From Mustelus asterias (Eukaryota): DNA of 64,000 bases. Shown here in pieces: positions 25,976 to 39,190 of the stretch (the first letter of the stretch is position 1; every line of letters begins with the position of its first letter). Under the pieces are notes generated by a model. The model saw nothing but the letters and a program-made list of their open reading frames with translations, was not told the DNA's origin and did no database searches. The stretch is taken from assembly GCF_964213995.1 (NCBI RefSeq), contig NW_027590155.1:496001-560000 (forward strand), in the 5' to 3' direction. Position numbers and translations under genes: made by a program.

Positions 25976-26892
25976 GTAAGAGACTCAAACCGAGAAAAAA
26001 ATTATTCCGCTGTTAATCGAAATTAGGGGTCTATTAAAGTTAATACAAAGCATAGAACAACTTCTAAGTTATTGTCATGTAGTTTGCTGCATTGGGACAG
26101 TGCCCCATTCAGAACTTCATCACAACATCAATTTTTGTTATTCCTTCATGAGATGTGCATTTGTGGCCCATCCCGGAGGCCACTTAAGTGTCAACCACGT
26201 TACTGTGGATCTGGAGTCACATGCATGCCAGGCCAGATAAAGACAACAGATTTACTTTTCTAAACGGCATTCGTGAACCAGGTGGGTTTTTACAACAACG
26301 GCTTCATGATGATCATTTGACTTTTAATGATAGATTTTTACTAAATTCAAATTTCACCATCTGCAGTGGTGAGATTCGAATCTGTGTCCCCAGAGTCGTG
26401 CCCTGGGTTACAAGACCATTGGCAACACCACCATGCCACTGCCTCCCCTTGAAATAGTGTTCCCTTCCATTTTAAAGTAACATAGTGAGCGAGGTGGTCT
26501 TGATGTCAGCTTTTTCCTGAGACAGCCGGTAAGATTTGGAGAGACAGTCGGTGTCGGACTGTTTCACAGGTCACAGCATAGGGGTAAAATATTGGGAAGT
26601 GTATCCACCCTACTTATAAACTAACTGCCAGTACTTGGTTCCTGAGTTCAGGAATGCTATATTTGTTTAGGAATACTGCAATGTTGATTCATGAGAATGA
26701 TACCGCTGCTAAAATACTTGAACAAAAAGAGAATAATTTCACAGAGCAGGCTGGTTTTCCATCCTCCATAGAGGCTGAAAGGTGATAGTTAGAAGTTGAT
26801 ATATCGAAGGCAACTTCGTCTCCTTCAGGCTGAAGACTGCTGTCCTGCTTCTGAAGAGGGAACTAGGGTTGATTTTCATTTTTCATTCACAG

Positions 26893-27201
26893 ATCCTCCC
26901 CAGTGCCCTGATACCACAGTGACGATACAGCCCCCGCCAATAGAACAGGTCTTATTGGAGGCGACCGTGACCTTAACCTGCATCATTTCTCATGCTCCCT
27001 ATGGAGTCAATGTGTCCTGGATCCGAGACAGGAAGTATTTGAAATCAGAGATTGCCGAAAAGCCAGGAGCGGATCCTGACAGCGTGGTCAGCAACTTAAA
27101 CATCTCGACACAAGCCTGGCTGAGTGCGGCTGTGTTTGACTGCGTGGTGAGCCATCAGGATCTGCCGACTCCTTTAAGAAAATCCATCCACAAGGAAACA
27201 G
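26893..27201 (+). CDS. IGHM: IgM CH3 exon
   Basis: ttcacag| (D)[29 protein letters not shown]...[22 protein letters not shown] |gtgagc. Confidence 0.96.
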
Positions 27202-27694
27202 GTGAGCTGAGAGATTGAAGCAATAAATGCGTCACTGTGTCTATTTCCAGTGTCAGTGTACTGGTCAATATTCAGTATTCAGTGCATTAATGGTGTCCCC
27301 TGAGTGGAAACTCTACTAACTAAAAACTGGGAGTTGTAGATATTTTTACGGGGAAATTTGATGTGTTGATGAATGAAAAGTGAACTGAAGGCGATGTTAT
27401 TGGGTTTAGATCGAATAACGAGGGAGGAGCCTGATGTGGAGCATGAAAACCAAAAATAAAGCCGATCAGTTGGGCCGAATAGCCTGATTCTGTGATGTAA
27501 AATTTCTGGAACTTCCCAATCCAGCCCCCTGAGTTATTTGATAAAATAATTGTGTTCACCTCTGCTCCAAACTGGAAGTCAAAAATGGAAACATTGAAAA
27601 TCGAAACGAAGCACATTTTTCTGATATCTAGCCAGCAGTTTCATTGTCTCCAGAATTCTCCAGTTTATTGACATTTATTGTACATTTTCTGCAG

Positions 27695-28086
27695 ATCCAA
27701 ATCCGCGGGAACCGTTCGTCTCTGTCCTCTTGCCCTCGGCAGAAGAAGTCTCCGCCCAGAGATTCGTCTCCCTCAGCTGCTTAGTGAGACGTTTCTCCCC
27801 TCGAGAGATCTTCGTCAAGTGGACCGTCAACGACAAGCCGGTGAATCCTGGGAACTATAAGAACACCGAGGTGGTCGCGGAGAGCGGGAATAGCTCCTTC
27901 TTCATGTACAGCCTGTTATCCATTGCAGCAGAGGAATGGTCCAGCGGCGCTTCTTACTCCTGTGTGGTGGGACATGAAGCCATCCCCTTGAAGATCATCA
28001 ACAGAACAGTTGACAAATCCAGCGGTAAACCCAGTTTTGTGAACATTTCCCTTGCACTGATGGACACCGTTAATTCATGTCAATGA
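27695..28086 (+). CDS. IGHM: IgM CH4 exon plus secretory tailpiece (internal donor for the membrane form at 28024/28025)
   Basis: ttctgcag| (D)[28 protein letters not shown]...[11 protein letters not shown]...[27 protein letters not shown] sequon and penultimate Cys are present. Confidence 0.97.
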
Positions 28087-28113
28087 GAATCACTCGGTTA
28101 CATTAAAAACTTC

Positions 28114-28128
28114 AATAAAAATAATAAA
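28114..28128 (+). terminator. Secretory-form polyadenylation signals
   Basis: Two AATAAA (28114, 28123) ~30-40 nt after the stop codon. Confidence 0.85.
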
Positions 28129-29189
28129 ATCGTTTTCCTCCAACGATAAATGAAATACCCAATTGCTTAATTGATTGGTTTTCAATTTTACTTCCACTAT
28201 GTATCTTTGGTTTGAGTTAGGTATTTCCACGTCTCGGGCTCAAGCCTTGTTGAACCAGTGCACCCAGCTCAGATACACCCTGGGTTAGAGGCAGAGTAGA
28301 GCACATTCATTCCAGTATTCTGCAAAATATCTTCACCGACTTTCCTACCACTGAGGAGAAATCCGACAATTTCAACATTTCTGACAAACAAACACAATTT
28401 AGATCTCGGTGTTCCTGCTTCTCTCATTGTCCATGCCTTTACCATTGATGTCAGCTTTAAGCTGCTGCACCACACCCACTGGGAACTGAAGTGAGGGTCA
28501 CACAGAAACATGGAGCAACAACCCCCCCCATCAGAGAGAGGGGAGAGTGAAATTGTGAACATACCGGATTCCTACTCACCCAACAAAGAGAGGGGAGGAG
28601 CAGTAGCTAACCCATGTACCATCACTTCCTCAATGAAAAGAGGAGGAATGTCATTATTTAATCCACTCACCTCCACCTCGTCAGTGGTTAGAACCATCAG
28701 GCACATTGCTTCACCGGGTAGAGAGAGGGAAATTATGAGCTCACTCTCCTCCCTCTTCGCAAGTAACGTGTTTGGAAGGGACCAGCTCTCTACTAGAAGA
28801 ACCCAGTTGCCAACAGTACAAATTAGCTTCTGGCTTATTTGTTGCAGAGTTTGAAGTATCATTATCCTAATCAATGTGATGCATATATACTTATGCAACA
28901 TAATTTTAAAATGTTTCTGCACTCTTGTTCCTGTTAATCATGTCCTGGCATTGATTTCCCACAATGCAAATTGAAACAAATGATTGAATCCTCCCCGGTT
29001 TTTACTGTTCTGTCCCTGATGTTTCCGAGATGCATCAATGAATGATTTCATTCGTTCTCCTGATATCTCCGTGCCACTCACATAAACTACATTCATACAG
29101 CAAAACATTGAAAATATGCTCCATTATTCGTATTGTTTGGATCATTTTCAGTTAATGATTGCGGTGAAACTTGGAGCAACAGCTAAAAA

Positions 29190-30720
29190 ATACACACACT
29201 GACAATACTCCACAAAACTGTCACAATTATAAATACACACATAAGCGCACACACACACACTCACACTCACACACATACACACACACACATCGACACAAAT
29301 GCACAACTACACACACAAATACACATACTCACACATATGCACACAAATACAGAAAGACACATGTAAATATACACACGCAAACGCATGCATATACCCCCAC
29401 ACACATACATATACAGAAATAGGGACAGGCACATTCAAATACAAACACAGAAACACACAAATACACAACAGATACACTTTCACACACCATAGGTACACTC
29501 AATATTTGCACAGACGAACACACATGCAGAGAAACAAGAATGCACACACAAATGCACTCATGGGCAAAACATGCACAAACAAAAATACACACTTACACAA
29601 ATCCACCCACACAAAAATACACCCAGACACAAACACATCCGTACACAAATATACATAGGGACACACCCATTCTCTCTCTCTCTTTCTCTCTCACACACAC
29701 ACACACATACACACGCACACACACACACACATAAGAACATAAGAACATAAGAAATAGGAGCAGGAGTAGGCCATCTGGCCCTTCGAGCCTGCCCCGCCAT
29801 TCAACAAGATCATGGCTGATCTGAAGCGAATCAGTTCCACTTACCCGCCTGCTCCCCATATCCCCTAATTCCCTTATCGATCAGAAAACTATCTACCCGT
29901 GATTTAAGCATATTCAACGAGGAAGCCTCCACCACTTCAATGGGCAGAGAATTCCAGAGATTCACTACCCTCTGAGAGAAGAAGTTCCCCCTCAACTCTG
30001 TTCTGAACCGGCCCCCCCTTATTTTGAGGCTGTGCCCTCTAGTTCTGGTTTCCCTTCTAAGTGGAAAGAATCTCGCCACCTCTACCCTATCCAGCCCCTT
30101 CATTATCTTATATGTCTCTATAAGATCACCCCTCATCCTTCTAAACTCACATACGAACACATAGACACGCGCCCTTGTACAAACAGACACTAAAACAACA
30201 ACATACACACACATAATCAAATATGTACAAACGCACACATGTACACATGAAACACACAAGTACATACACATACACATACGTGAGTAGGTACAGACCCAAA
30301 CACAAACACATACATGCATAGACACAATACAGACAGATACACACGCATGCAGACCCACATAAATACACAAGCACATACTTAGACTCAAATAAATACATAT
30401 ATTAGCACACGTTCACGCTGATAGGAATATAGATATAAAGACACACAATGTTATACACATTCACAAACATATATGGAAATACATATAAACAAATCACCAG
30501 ACTGCATATAGAAGAACAGACAGCAAAACATTTACACACAAACATGTTGACGCAAACATTAACATGCTCATAGAACAGAACACCATAGCACACATTACTA
30601 CACATCGAAACACAAATATACATCAACGCACCGTTATAAAGAATGTCAACACGTGTATACATACACTGACATGTTAACAGGCGTGCACACAGACACATGG
30701 AGAAACAGACGCACACAGAA
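29190..30720. repeat. CA-rich low-complexity tract with a CR1 3' fragment (-) at ~29731-30147
   Basis: (CA)n-like sequence; ORF part RRMRGDLIETYKIMKG...FFSQRVVNLWNSLP; tail (aagaacat)n. Confidence 0.85.
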
Positions 30721-30729
30721 AGGGAAACA

Positions 30730-30854
30730 GTAAGTAGTCACCTGACGATGGGGCAACGCTCCGAAAGCTCGTGCAACCAAATAAACCTGTTGGACTTTAA
30801 CCTGGTGTTGTGAGACTACTTACTGTGCCGACCCCAGTCCAACGCCGGCAACTC
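30730..30854 (+). mobile_element. Short Penelope-derived element with a minimal hammerhead motif (30739-30773) and 16-bp TSD
   Basis: TSD cacagaaagggaaaca at 30714-30729 and 30855-30870; CAC-CTGACGA-T-GGGGC-AAC-GCTCC-GAAA-GC-TC-GTG. Confidence 0.75.
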
Positions 30855-31729
30855 CACAGAAAGGGAAACAAACATTACTAGAGTGACAGAAATTAACACA
30901 GAGCAATAGGCATAAACACATGTGCACGCATTAAGAATGGCATTAATATATATTCATAGACTTCACACAATAATAGAGTCATATATACACAATGACAAAA
31001 GAATAAAATATGCGCACAGATGCAGACACACAACTACACAAATCAACAATCACAGGCAAATGTACGCGCACATTAACACTCATAATCACATATTAACTCA
31101 GAGCCAAAGATTAATGCAGAGCACGAGATGCTCATGCACACGCACACAAATGCAAAATCTTCAATACAAACGGTAGGCAAATGATGAAAGTACAATTTAA
31201 ACGTGACTTTTTAATGGAGATATCCACAGATTTATTATCCCAATGTACAATGAACAGATAAACACGCTGAGAAACTGAATTAAGCTCACGATCTACTAAA
31301 CATTTCCACCATAAAGAAGCACAGATCGGAAATTACATCCCAACTCTTAAACAACAACATTCACAGTTTACAGATCAGTAACCATCTGTGAAAACAATCA
31401 TTGATCAGTGAACGTTCCTCGATATCAGTCATAATATTCTTCAATAAGGGATAGTTCCGAATTGTCAAAAAATCAACTGATTTTCAAGAAAACATCTTCA
31501 GTGCTTTCTGACATGGACTGTCCAAGGAATGTCAATAAAGATCAGGTGTGAAAATAGTTACGGAGGTCGGTTACTGACTGTCCTGAGCTTAAGAGTAGGT
31601 ATACATTGAAAATTAAGTTCAAGATTAAATGAACAGTTTAAAAAGGAGAACGGGGAAAATAAAGATAACAATAAGATTACCTGGATAAATAAAGTAATCT
31701 AATTTCATATCCTGGTCTCCGTCCCCTAG

Positions 31730-31857
31730 ACTCCACCGACCGCATCTGGATTGAAGACAATGAGGATGATAACAGCAACATCTGGACAACGGCTTCCACA
31801 TTCATTGTCCTGTTCTTCCTGAGCATTTTCTACAGCACTGCGGTCACTCTGGTGAAG
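31730..31857 (+). CDS. IGHM: IgM transmembrane exon TM1
   Basis: cccctag| (D)STDRIWIEDNEDDNSNIWTTASTFIVLFFLSIFYSTAVTLVK |gtgaga; conserved antigen-receptor TM (CART) motif. Confidence 0.96.
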
Positions 31858-31978
31858 GTGAGATGATTGAATGCACTCACATATCAAACTGACAGAATGG
31901 ATTTGAAAATTCTCTTAATATCTCTTTAATATCCCGCATCATCAACATCTGCTTCATTATTGTATCTTTCTTTTACAG

Positions 31979-31987
31979 ATCAAGTGA
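31979..31987 (+). CDS. IGHM: IgM TM2 exon (IK*), 3'UTR to AATAAA at 32439
   Basis: Polypyrimidine tract ttttacag| ATC AAG TGA. Confidence 0.92.
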   Translation: MK

Positions 31988-32605
31988 TGGGTTGAATTTT
32001 GGAAGCTGCAGATTTCCCTCAGCTGATTATTATGATCTCCGTATGACACAAATACAATATCTGCTCTTGGTGACTCTATCAGTAAAATTCTCTCAGTTTA
32101 TCATTCTGAATCTGTAACTGAGACAATCATAGACGGTATTCAGTTTTCAGAGTGAAAAGTACGAGGCATTTTTTGTTATAATGTAATTGTGGTTAATAGT
32201 CTCCCCATAGTTTAAATATCATGTATAAATAAGAAACTTTTCTCATTCCATTTCCATATTTGTTAATTCCTCTTTCTATTAAGGTCCTGTTTTCTCTTTC
32301 TGGTGTATGTAACAGATGTACAAATATTGACGGATTCCCTGTGCATGTATTGTGTTCTCAATGTGAAGCTCGATCGTTAAATTCACTTTTCTAACTTTAA
32401 AAAATAATGTCGCTGTAAAATATTCTCTGAATTTTTAAAATAAATATTGAATGAAAATTTAACCATCTCTGGCTTGGCTTAATTCCGTTTTCCAAAGCCC
32501 ATCAACTCCGCCCCATATTCCATATTATGCGGTTTCCCCTCTTTCCTAGACATGTCTGTTCCCCAATCCTGTGCTTGAACTCAAGGCCGTTCAGTGAAAG
32601 AGTCA

Positions 32606-32624
32606 CTGCGCCACCCAGTGGCCA
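32606..32624 (-). promoter_or_regulatory. Putative CTCF-binding site 3' of the IgM cluster
   Basis: Minus strand TGGCCACTGGGTGGCGCAG versus consensus TGGCCACCAGGGGGCGCTA; motif match only. Confidence 0.55.
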
Positions 32625-33454
32625 ATCCGTATAAAGACACCTTCATCTCTGTCTTTTTATGATAAAATCCAGAGACAGAGCGAGTGAACAATGAGAAGAA
32701 CCGCGGTGATTTCACTCATAAACTGGTCTGCCACTGACCGAGTTTCAGGTAATTCTAAAAAGCAAAGGCTCTGTTTCATCAGAGGCCGATGCAGGACAGT
32801 GTGTGTGGCAGAAGATAGTTTCCTTTACACTGCCCCTTAAAAAAACTATCAGTGTCGCTGCAGCGTGTGAATCTCTCTATATTTCGTCCGATGAAATACT
32901 TACAAGGCAGACATGCCACAAGCTAGATAGAGAACACATGCAGAGCAGAGGTGCAAACCATGAGGTGAAACCAAGAGACTGAGGTGCATTTCACATAAGC
33001 ACATAATAGATTACAAATTTCCAAATTAAGGCGAGTGCTATGGGATAATTTGAGATGACCAATACTGTATTTAACTACAGACAATATAAAACTCACGTGG
33101 CAGATATCTCTGTGTAAGGACGGAACATTTATTTAAAACAAAAACAGAACTATCAGCTGCTTGGAGATGACCAAAAGGGTTAAGTCGCTCTGGAACCGAG
33201 CGGCAGGATCTTTCCGATGCATCTAACGTGTACCATCAATAACAGATCAATTATAGATTGTCGTACCGATCGTTCCGACCTCATATTAGTTTAAGAATCA
33301 ATTACGTTCAGTAAACATATATCAATAATAATTCCTGACAAGTTGCTCAGCCAATCGCATTTTACAACACAGCATAATGATATCTCCTTCATCCATTTAA
33401 ATCGGAGGCTGACTCATCTGTAATCAGTATCTGGGAGAATCAGGAAGGTGAGAT

Positions 33455-34165
33455 AGAGTCATAGAGTCACAGAGGTATAAGCATGCAAACAGGCCCTTCG
33501 GCCCAACATGTCCATGCCGCCCTTTTAAACGACAGGGCTCGTCCTAATTGCCCGCGTTTGGCCCATTACCCTCAATAGCCATTTAACTCTCTGTGCACTT
33601 TTTAAAAGACTGTCTGGCAGCTTGTTCCAGACACTCACCACCCTCTGTGTGAAAGAATTACCCCTCTGGACCCCTTTATATCTCTCCCCTCTCACCTTAA
33701 ACTTATGCCCTCTCGTTTCAGGCTCCCCTACCTTTGGGAAAATATATTTCCTATCAAGCTGATCTATGCCCCTTATTATTTTATAGACCTCTGTAAGATC
33801 ACCACTCAGCCTCCTACGCTCCAGAAATGAAAAGCCCCAATCTATCCAACCACTCATTATAATTTAAACCATCAAGTCCCGGTAGCATCCTAGCAAATCT
33901 TTTCTGCACTCTTTCAAGATTAATAATACCCTTCCTATAATAGGGCGACCAGAACTGCACAAAGTATTCCAAGTGTGGCCTTACCAATATTTTGTACAAC
34001 TTCAACAAGACGTCCCAACTCCTGTATTCAATTTTCTGACGAATGAAACCAAGCATGTCGAGTGCCTTCTTCACTGCTCTGTCCACATGTGACTCCACTT
34101 TCAATGAGCTATGAACATGTACCTGTTGATCTCTTTGTTCTATAACTTTCCCCAACGCCCTACCA
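33455..34165 (-). mobile_element. CR1 LINE 3' fragment
   Basis: RPHLEYFVQFWSPYY and LERRRLSGDLTEVYKII; (atagagtc)n tail. Confidence 0.92.
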
Positions 34166-34231
34166 TCCTGCTGGTCTAGTGGTAAGGGTTCAGCGCTTTC
34201 AGGGTCGCAGACTGGCTTCAATATATTCAGA
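34166..34231 (+). pseudogene. Degenerate tRNA-Glu(TTC) pseudogene
   Basis: tcctgctggtctagtggtaagggttcagcgctttca... resembles vertebrate tRNA-Glu TCCCTGGTGGTCTAGTGGCTAGGATTCGGCGCTTTCA; 3' half is decayed. Confidence 0.7.
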
Positions 34232-34849
34232 TTTAATGTTTTTGATCAACAAACTTGAATTACTTCCTGATCGAAAGCAACTCTGTCAGCATCAGTCGAG
34301 TGAGATTTTGCTTCCTAGTTGGAAAAGTCACATGGGCAACAGGCTGAGAACAAACACAGATAGTGAAAAGGGGGTGTTCGGATGCAAAGCACTGACGATG
34401 GATGTGGTGATACAGGGTAAAGTCTGGGTAATGGGTCAGATTTAACCGGATGCACTGACAGAAATATCACTCATTTGTGGATGAAAATCTCGGGCGAAAT
34501 GACAAGGAAACTTCTCACTGAATGAAACACTAAACTATTTGACTTCGACTGATTGTAAGCAGTTTTCATTCGGAAAACAGTAACTGTGAGATTAGCAAAG
34601 CGGGATGGAGACAGTCTCAGTTTGAGAGGTGATGCAGCAACGTTTAAAATTAACGAGAACCAATCAACGTTGTCCTTGTCCATCAATCCTTGTGTCAGTT
34701 AATCCATCCTGTCTTGCTCGCTATCACAGGGATTCTTTTCACTGTGTGATTCCCGTCCTAAATGCCGGAAAAACTCATCAGCTCAATTAATGTTTCATGC
34801 GAAACGAGAATAACTGAAATCAGAACCATTATGGAAATGTTCAAATGTG

Positions 34850-34903
34850 ACCGGGGACCTTCCACGTGTGAGGCCAACGTGACAACCACTACACTACAGA
34901 AAC
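34850..34903 (-). pseudogene. 3'-truncated tRNA-Val(CAC) pseudogene
   Basis: Minus strand GTTTCTGTAGTGTAGTGGTTGTCACGTTGGCCTCACACGTGGAAGGTCCCCGGT matches tRNA-Val(CAC) up to the T-loop, then similarity ends. Confidence 0.85.
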
Positions 34904-35109
34904 ACGGCGATGCATGCATGTGAAACAGATCCGGCTAACTGGCGGAACAACTAAACTCGTTTCAAGGCTGTCAGTTACTCGCTTTGCCTTGTCTCTGCTG
35001 GTTTTTCGAGTCAAAATGAATGATGATACATTCTACTGCATTCAATTCAAGTAATCACATGCTTTGACCAAAGGTGTTCAGAACGTTTATAGTAATTTAA
35101 GTGAAAATG

Positions 35110-35190
35110 TGACAGTGGGGGATTTGATCCCACTCCGCCATAAACATCACGATCCTAAATTTGTGTCTTAGACTTCCCATCAACGGCAGC
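35110..35190 (-). pseudogene. Degenerate tRNA-Leu(TAG) pseudogene
   Basis: Minus strand ...GTCTAAGACACAAATTTAGGATC...GGAGTGGGATCAAATCCCCCACTGTCA resembles tRNA-Leu (GTCTAAGGCGCTGGATTTAGGCTCC...GTGGGTTCGAATCCCACCGCTGCCA). Confidence 0.55.
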
Positions 35191-35989
35191 ACCAGAAGTC
35201 ATTGCTGTCAGAGTTGGTATTGGCAGTGAACAAAATCAATGGAGCTGAATTCGGTCACATGCCCCTTCGAGTCTCTTCTGCCATTTAAAATCAAGACGGA
35301 TCCCCAGCTCAACCACCACCTCATTTCAGGAATCAAATCAATGAAACTTGATTCCACCCAGACAGGGAGAGAATAGAAGGAACAAAAACAAAAGAGGGGA
35401 AATGGAGAGTTAGACTGAAAGAGGGAAAGTCCAAGGCAGATGTCCAGAGAGAAAGAGGTAAATATAGAGACAGAGTGGGGTAGACATTGAACGGAACAGA
35501 TACACTTCACCATTCCTTATGATTTCAAGAAAAAAACAAACTTGGAGCATTGGAAAGAGCAAATACTACAGCCCTGAAAAAGATTCTGGCAATGGTGCTG
35601 AAGAATTGTGCTTCAGCACTTGCCGCAACCTTAGCAAAGCTGTTCCTCAGCTAGAACACGGGCATCTAACCGCCAATGATACAATATGCCCAAGATTGCC
35701 CGCTTTACAAAACTCAGATCAAATCCAACACCGCCAATAACTACCAGTCTACTCTTGATCATCTGTAACGTGACGGAAGGGGCAATAAACAATGGTAACA
35801 GGAGGCACTCCAATGCAAACTGGAGGAACATTTACTGATAAAAGTTTATTAATGAAACAGAACATGGTTAAAACAAACAGAAAATGACTTGAGGATCAAA
35901 GACAACCAGAGTAAAAGGATGTTCACAATGTTCTGGACACAAATATGGTTTCTCTTTAATTCATCTGTAGCCTGTTCCCTGCCCTCTTT

Positions 35990-36720
35990 GTGGAACACCT
36001 CCGCTCAGTCCACAAGCATGACCCTGACCTTCCGCTTGCTTGCCATTAGAATTCACCACCTTGCTCTCACGCTCACATTTCTGTCCTCGGCCTGCTGCAA
36101 TGTTCCGGAGAAGCCCAACTCAAGCTGGACGAACAGCCCCTCATCTTCCGATGAGGCACTTTACAGCCTTCTGGATTCAACATTGAGTTCAACAACTTCA
36201 CACCCTGAACTCTCTCCTCCATTTTGATTTGTTTTTTATTTGCTGAGTGTCAGTCTGCATCTTGTTTTCATGTTTTTTTGCTTCCAGACAGAGCTGTCCT
36301 TTATTCTGCCATTAACACTTACTCTGGGCCAATGCTTTGTTTCTTTATGATGTGGAGATGCCGGCATTGGACTGGGGTAAACACCATAAGAGTTTTAACA
36401 ACACCAGGTTCCTGTTGGACTTTAACCTGCTGTTGTTAAAACTCTGATTGTTTCTTTATTACAACCATTACCTCTCCCTTTGCCTTTTGTTCCAGGACAT
36501 TTTTGTCATTTAATCTCACCCGCCCTCTAACCAATCCCTGACTTTCCCTTTTGTTCTACCTGCCCCTCCCCCCTTTCTCAGCAGCATCAAACCCATCACA
36601 TTTCTCCCTCTCTTTCGTTCTGAAGTAGAGTTACATTGGACGTGAAACATTAACTCTGTTTCTCTCTCCACAGATGCTGCCAGACCTGCTGCGTTTTTTC
36701 AGTTCTTTCTGTATTTATTT
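35990..36720 (+). mobile_element. Penelope-like element 3' end (GIY-YIG C-terminus + pLTR), with a nested short palindromic element at ~36350-36445
   Basis: Translation LIFR*GTLQPSGFNIEFNNF at ~36140-36200; decayed ctgaag.a...gaaac motif at ~36620. Confidence 0.75.
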
Positions 36721-36986
36721 TAAATCTACCTTAGTCATAGGAAAAGCACTCTTTACTATCCAGGATAAAATAAATGTCCTTCATCAGCTTTTGTGGATCA
36801 TTTCAGTGGAAATGTGCTCTCCCAGGCTCAAAGAGCATCAGCCCACTGGAAGCAAAGGTGTGAGACCGGCCAGTCCAGCAGAAAGAAACCCTCCGACCCT
36901 CCCACTTCACCAACTGTCAGAATGAACATGGTTCAGTTCTGGATGTGATCAACAGCAGCAATAACAGCAGAATCCAACCCCAGTAA

Positions 36987-38063
<1,077 letters not shown>

Positions 38064-38233
38064 TGGGATTTGCTGATCCTTCCAGCCTGCGGAAACACAA
38101 GCAAGTTCACATGGAGGAGAGAGGCTGTTCACCTGCTCGGAGTGTAGGAAAGGATTCACTGAGTCATCCAACCTGCTGAGACATTATGGCAGTCACACCG
38201 ATTAGAGACCTTTTAAATACTCTGACTGTGGGT
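38064..38233 (+). pseudogene. Inverted ZNF fragment (~2 decayed fingers)
   Basis: + strand ...aggctgttcacctgctcggagtgtaggaaaggattcactgagtcatccaacctgctgagacat... Confidence 0.8.
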
Positions 38234-39190
38234 GTTAATTGTATAATTTGGGGTTAAATATATACAAGCAGTGGACATTGATTGGATGTTTACATGAGCA
38301 CATATAGACACTTACTGACAGAGCATGGAATGGTATTAGGAGTTATATACCTGTAATGTTTCACTCTGTGAATAAATCTATACCAAGTAAAGATTGGAAC
38401 CAGTTTCCTCCTCCACCAGAAGGCGGTCAGGATTATAACGTGGTAACAGAGAATGCTTAAAAATACCTGACGTTTCCAATCTGAATGTTTGAGAAGGAAT
38501 AATGAAAGCTTTGATAAAAATCAGAAGGGGAAAGATGCAAATTGTCTTAAAACTACACAGACAATTTGTTCACACTCCTTGCCAAAGATTAAAAGTCCTG
38601 CTTCAAGATTCAGGAGCAGTTGATGAAGAGTATACGAGACTCATACAAGAGACCAGTGCAAAGTGTACAATGTATAAAAATTATTGGAGGATGCCATCAC
38701 ATCCCAACAGTGAACCTTCCCTTGGCACTTGGGGCTGGAGCTGTGGCACCAGCTCAGTTTCTGAATGATGAGTTTTGAGACGTGTGTGAAACCATGAACA
38801 TTCTGGTCAGGAACACGGCAGCTGAAATTCCTTTCAGTGATGGACTCTGTGAAAGGAATCACACGGTGATCGATGAAATGCTGCAGAAAATCTTAGCTGA
38901 TCAGCCAAACTGCAAGTTGGTAACTGCACTGGCCTGGACAATTCATGTAAAGAATTCACTTCAGATGGTTGGAGAGTACAATCCCTGTTAATTGGTTTGT
39001 GGGAAAAATTCCAAATGACCCTCTGTGCTGGGGATAGTCCTCCTGATTTAGAAGGGATGACAATTAGTACAATTTTTATTCATTCATTATCTGATTGTTT
39101 CACTGGTGCTCAAGCTAAGAAATTATTGTAGATCCTCGATGAGGGGTGTCTTATAATGTAATACTTTGTACAAAATAAAGACCATCATGG
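38234..39190 (+). mobile_element. Copia-like LTR retrotransposon remnant (short LTR, PBS-like tggtaacagag at 38441, integrase fragments)
   Basis: LKLHRQFVH...KLL and NTAAEIPFSDGLCERNH motifs in ORFs 38502-38768 and 38782-38991. Confidence 0.65.

Noticed and set aside
28269-28922. ORFs of ~100-116 aa on both strands after the secretory poly(A) site
   Set aside because: No Ig-domain Cys/Trp pattern or recognisable family; cannot be supported as an extra exon.
28964-28971. Octamer ATGCAAAT in the CH4-TM intron (also at 3374 and ~38535)
   Set aside because: Isolated 8-mers in AT-rich DNA are expected by chance; no motif cluster around them.
14277-31987. Possibility that the cluster is IgNAR or IgW
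   Set aside because: Conventional VH with full FR2/CDR2, two D segments, four CH exons and a mu-type tailpiece fit IgM.
33160-33215. Possible fourth tRNA remnant (ggagatgaccaaaagggttaagtcg)
   Set aside because: Only a vague D-arm-like resemblance; too short to call.
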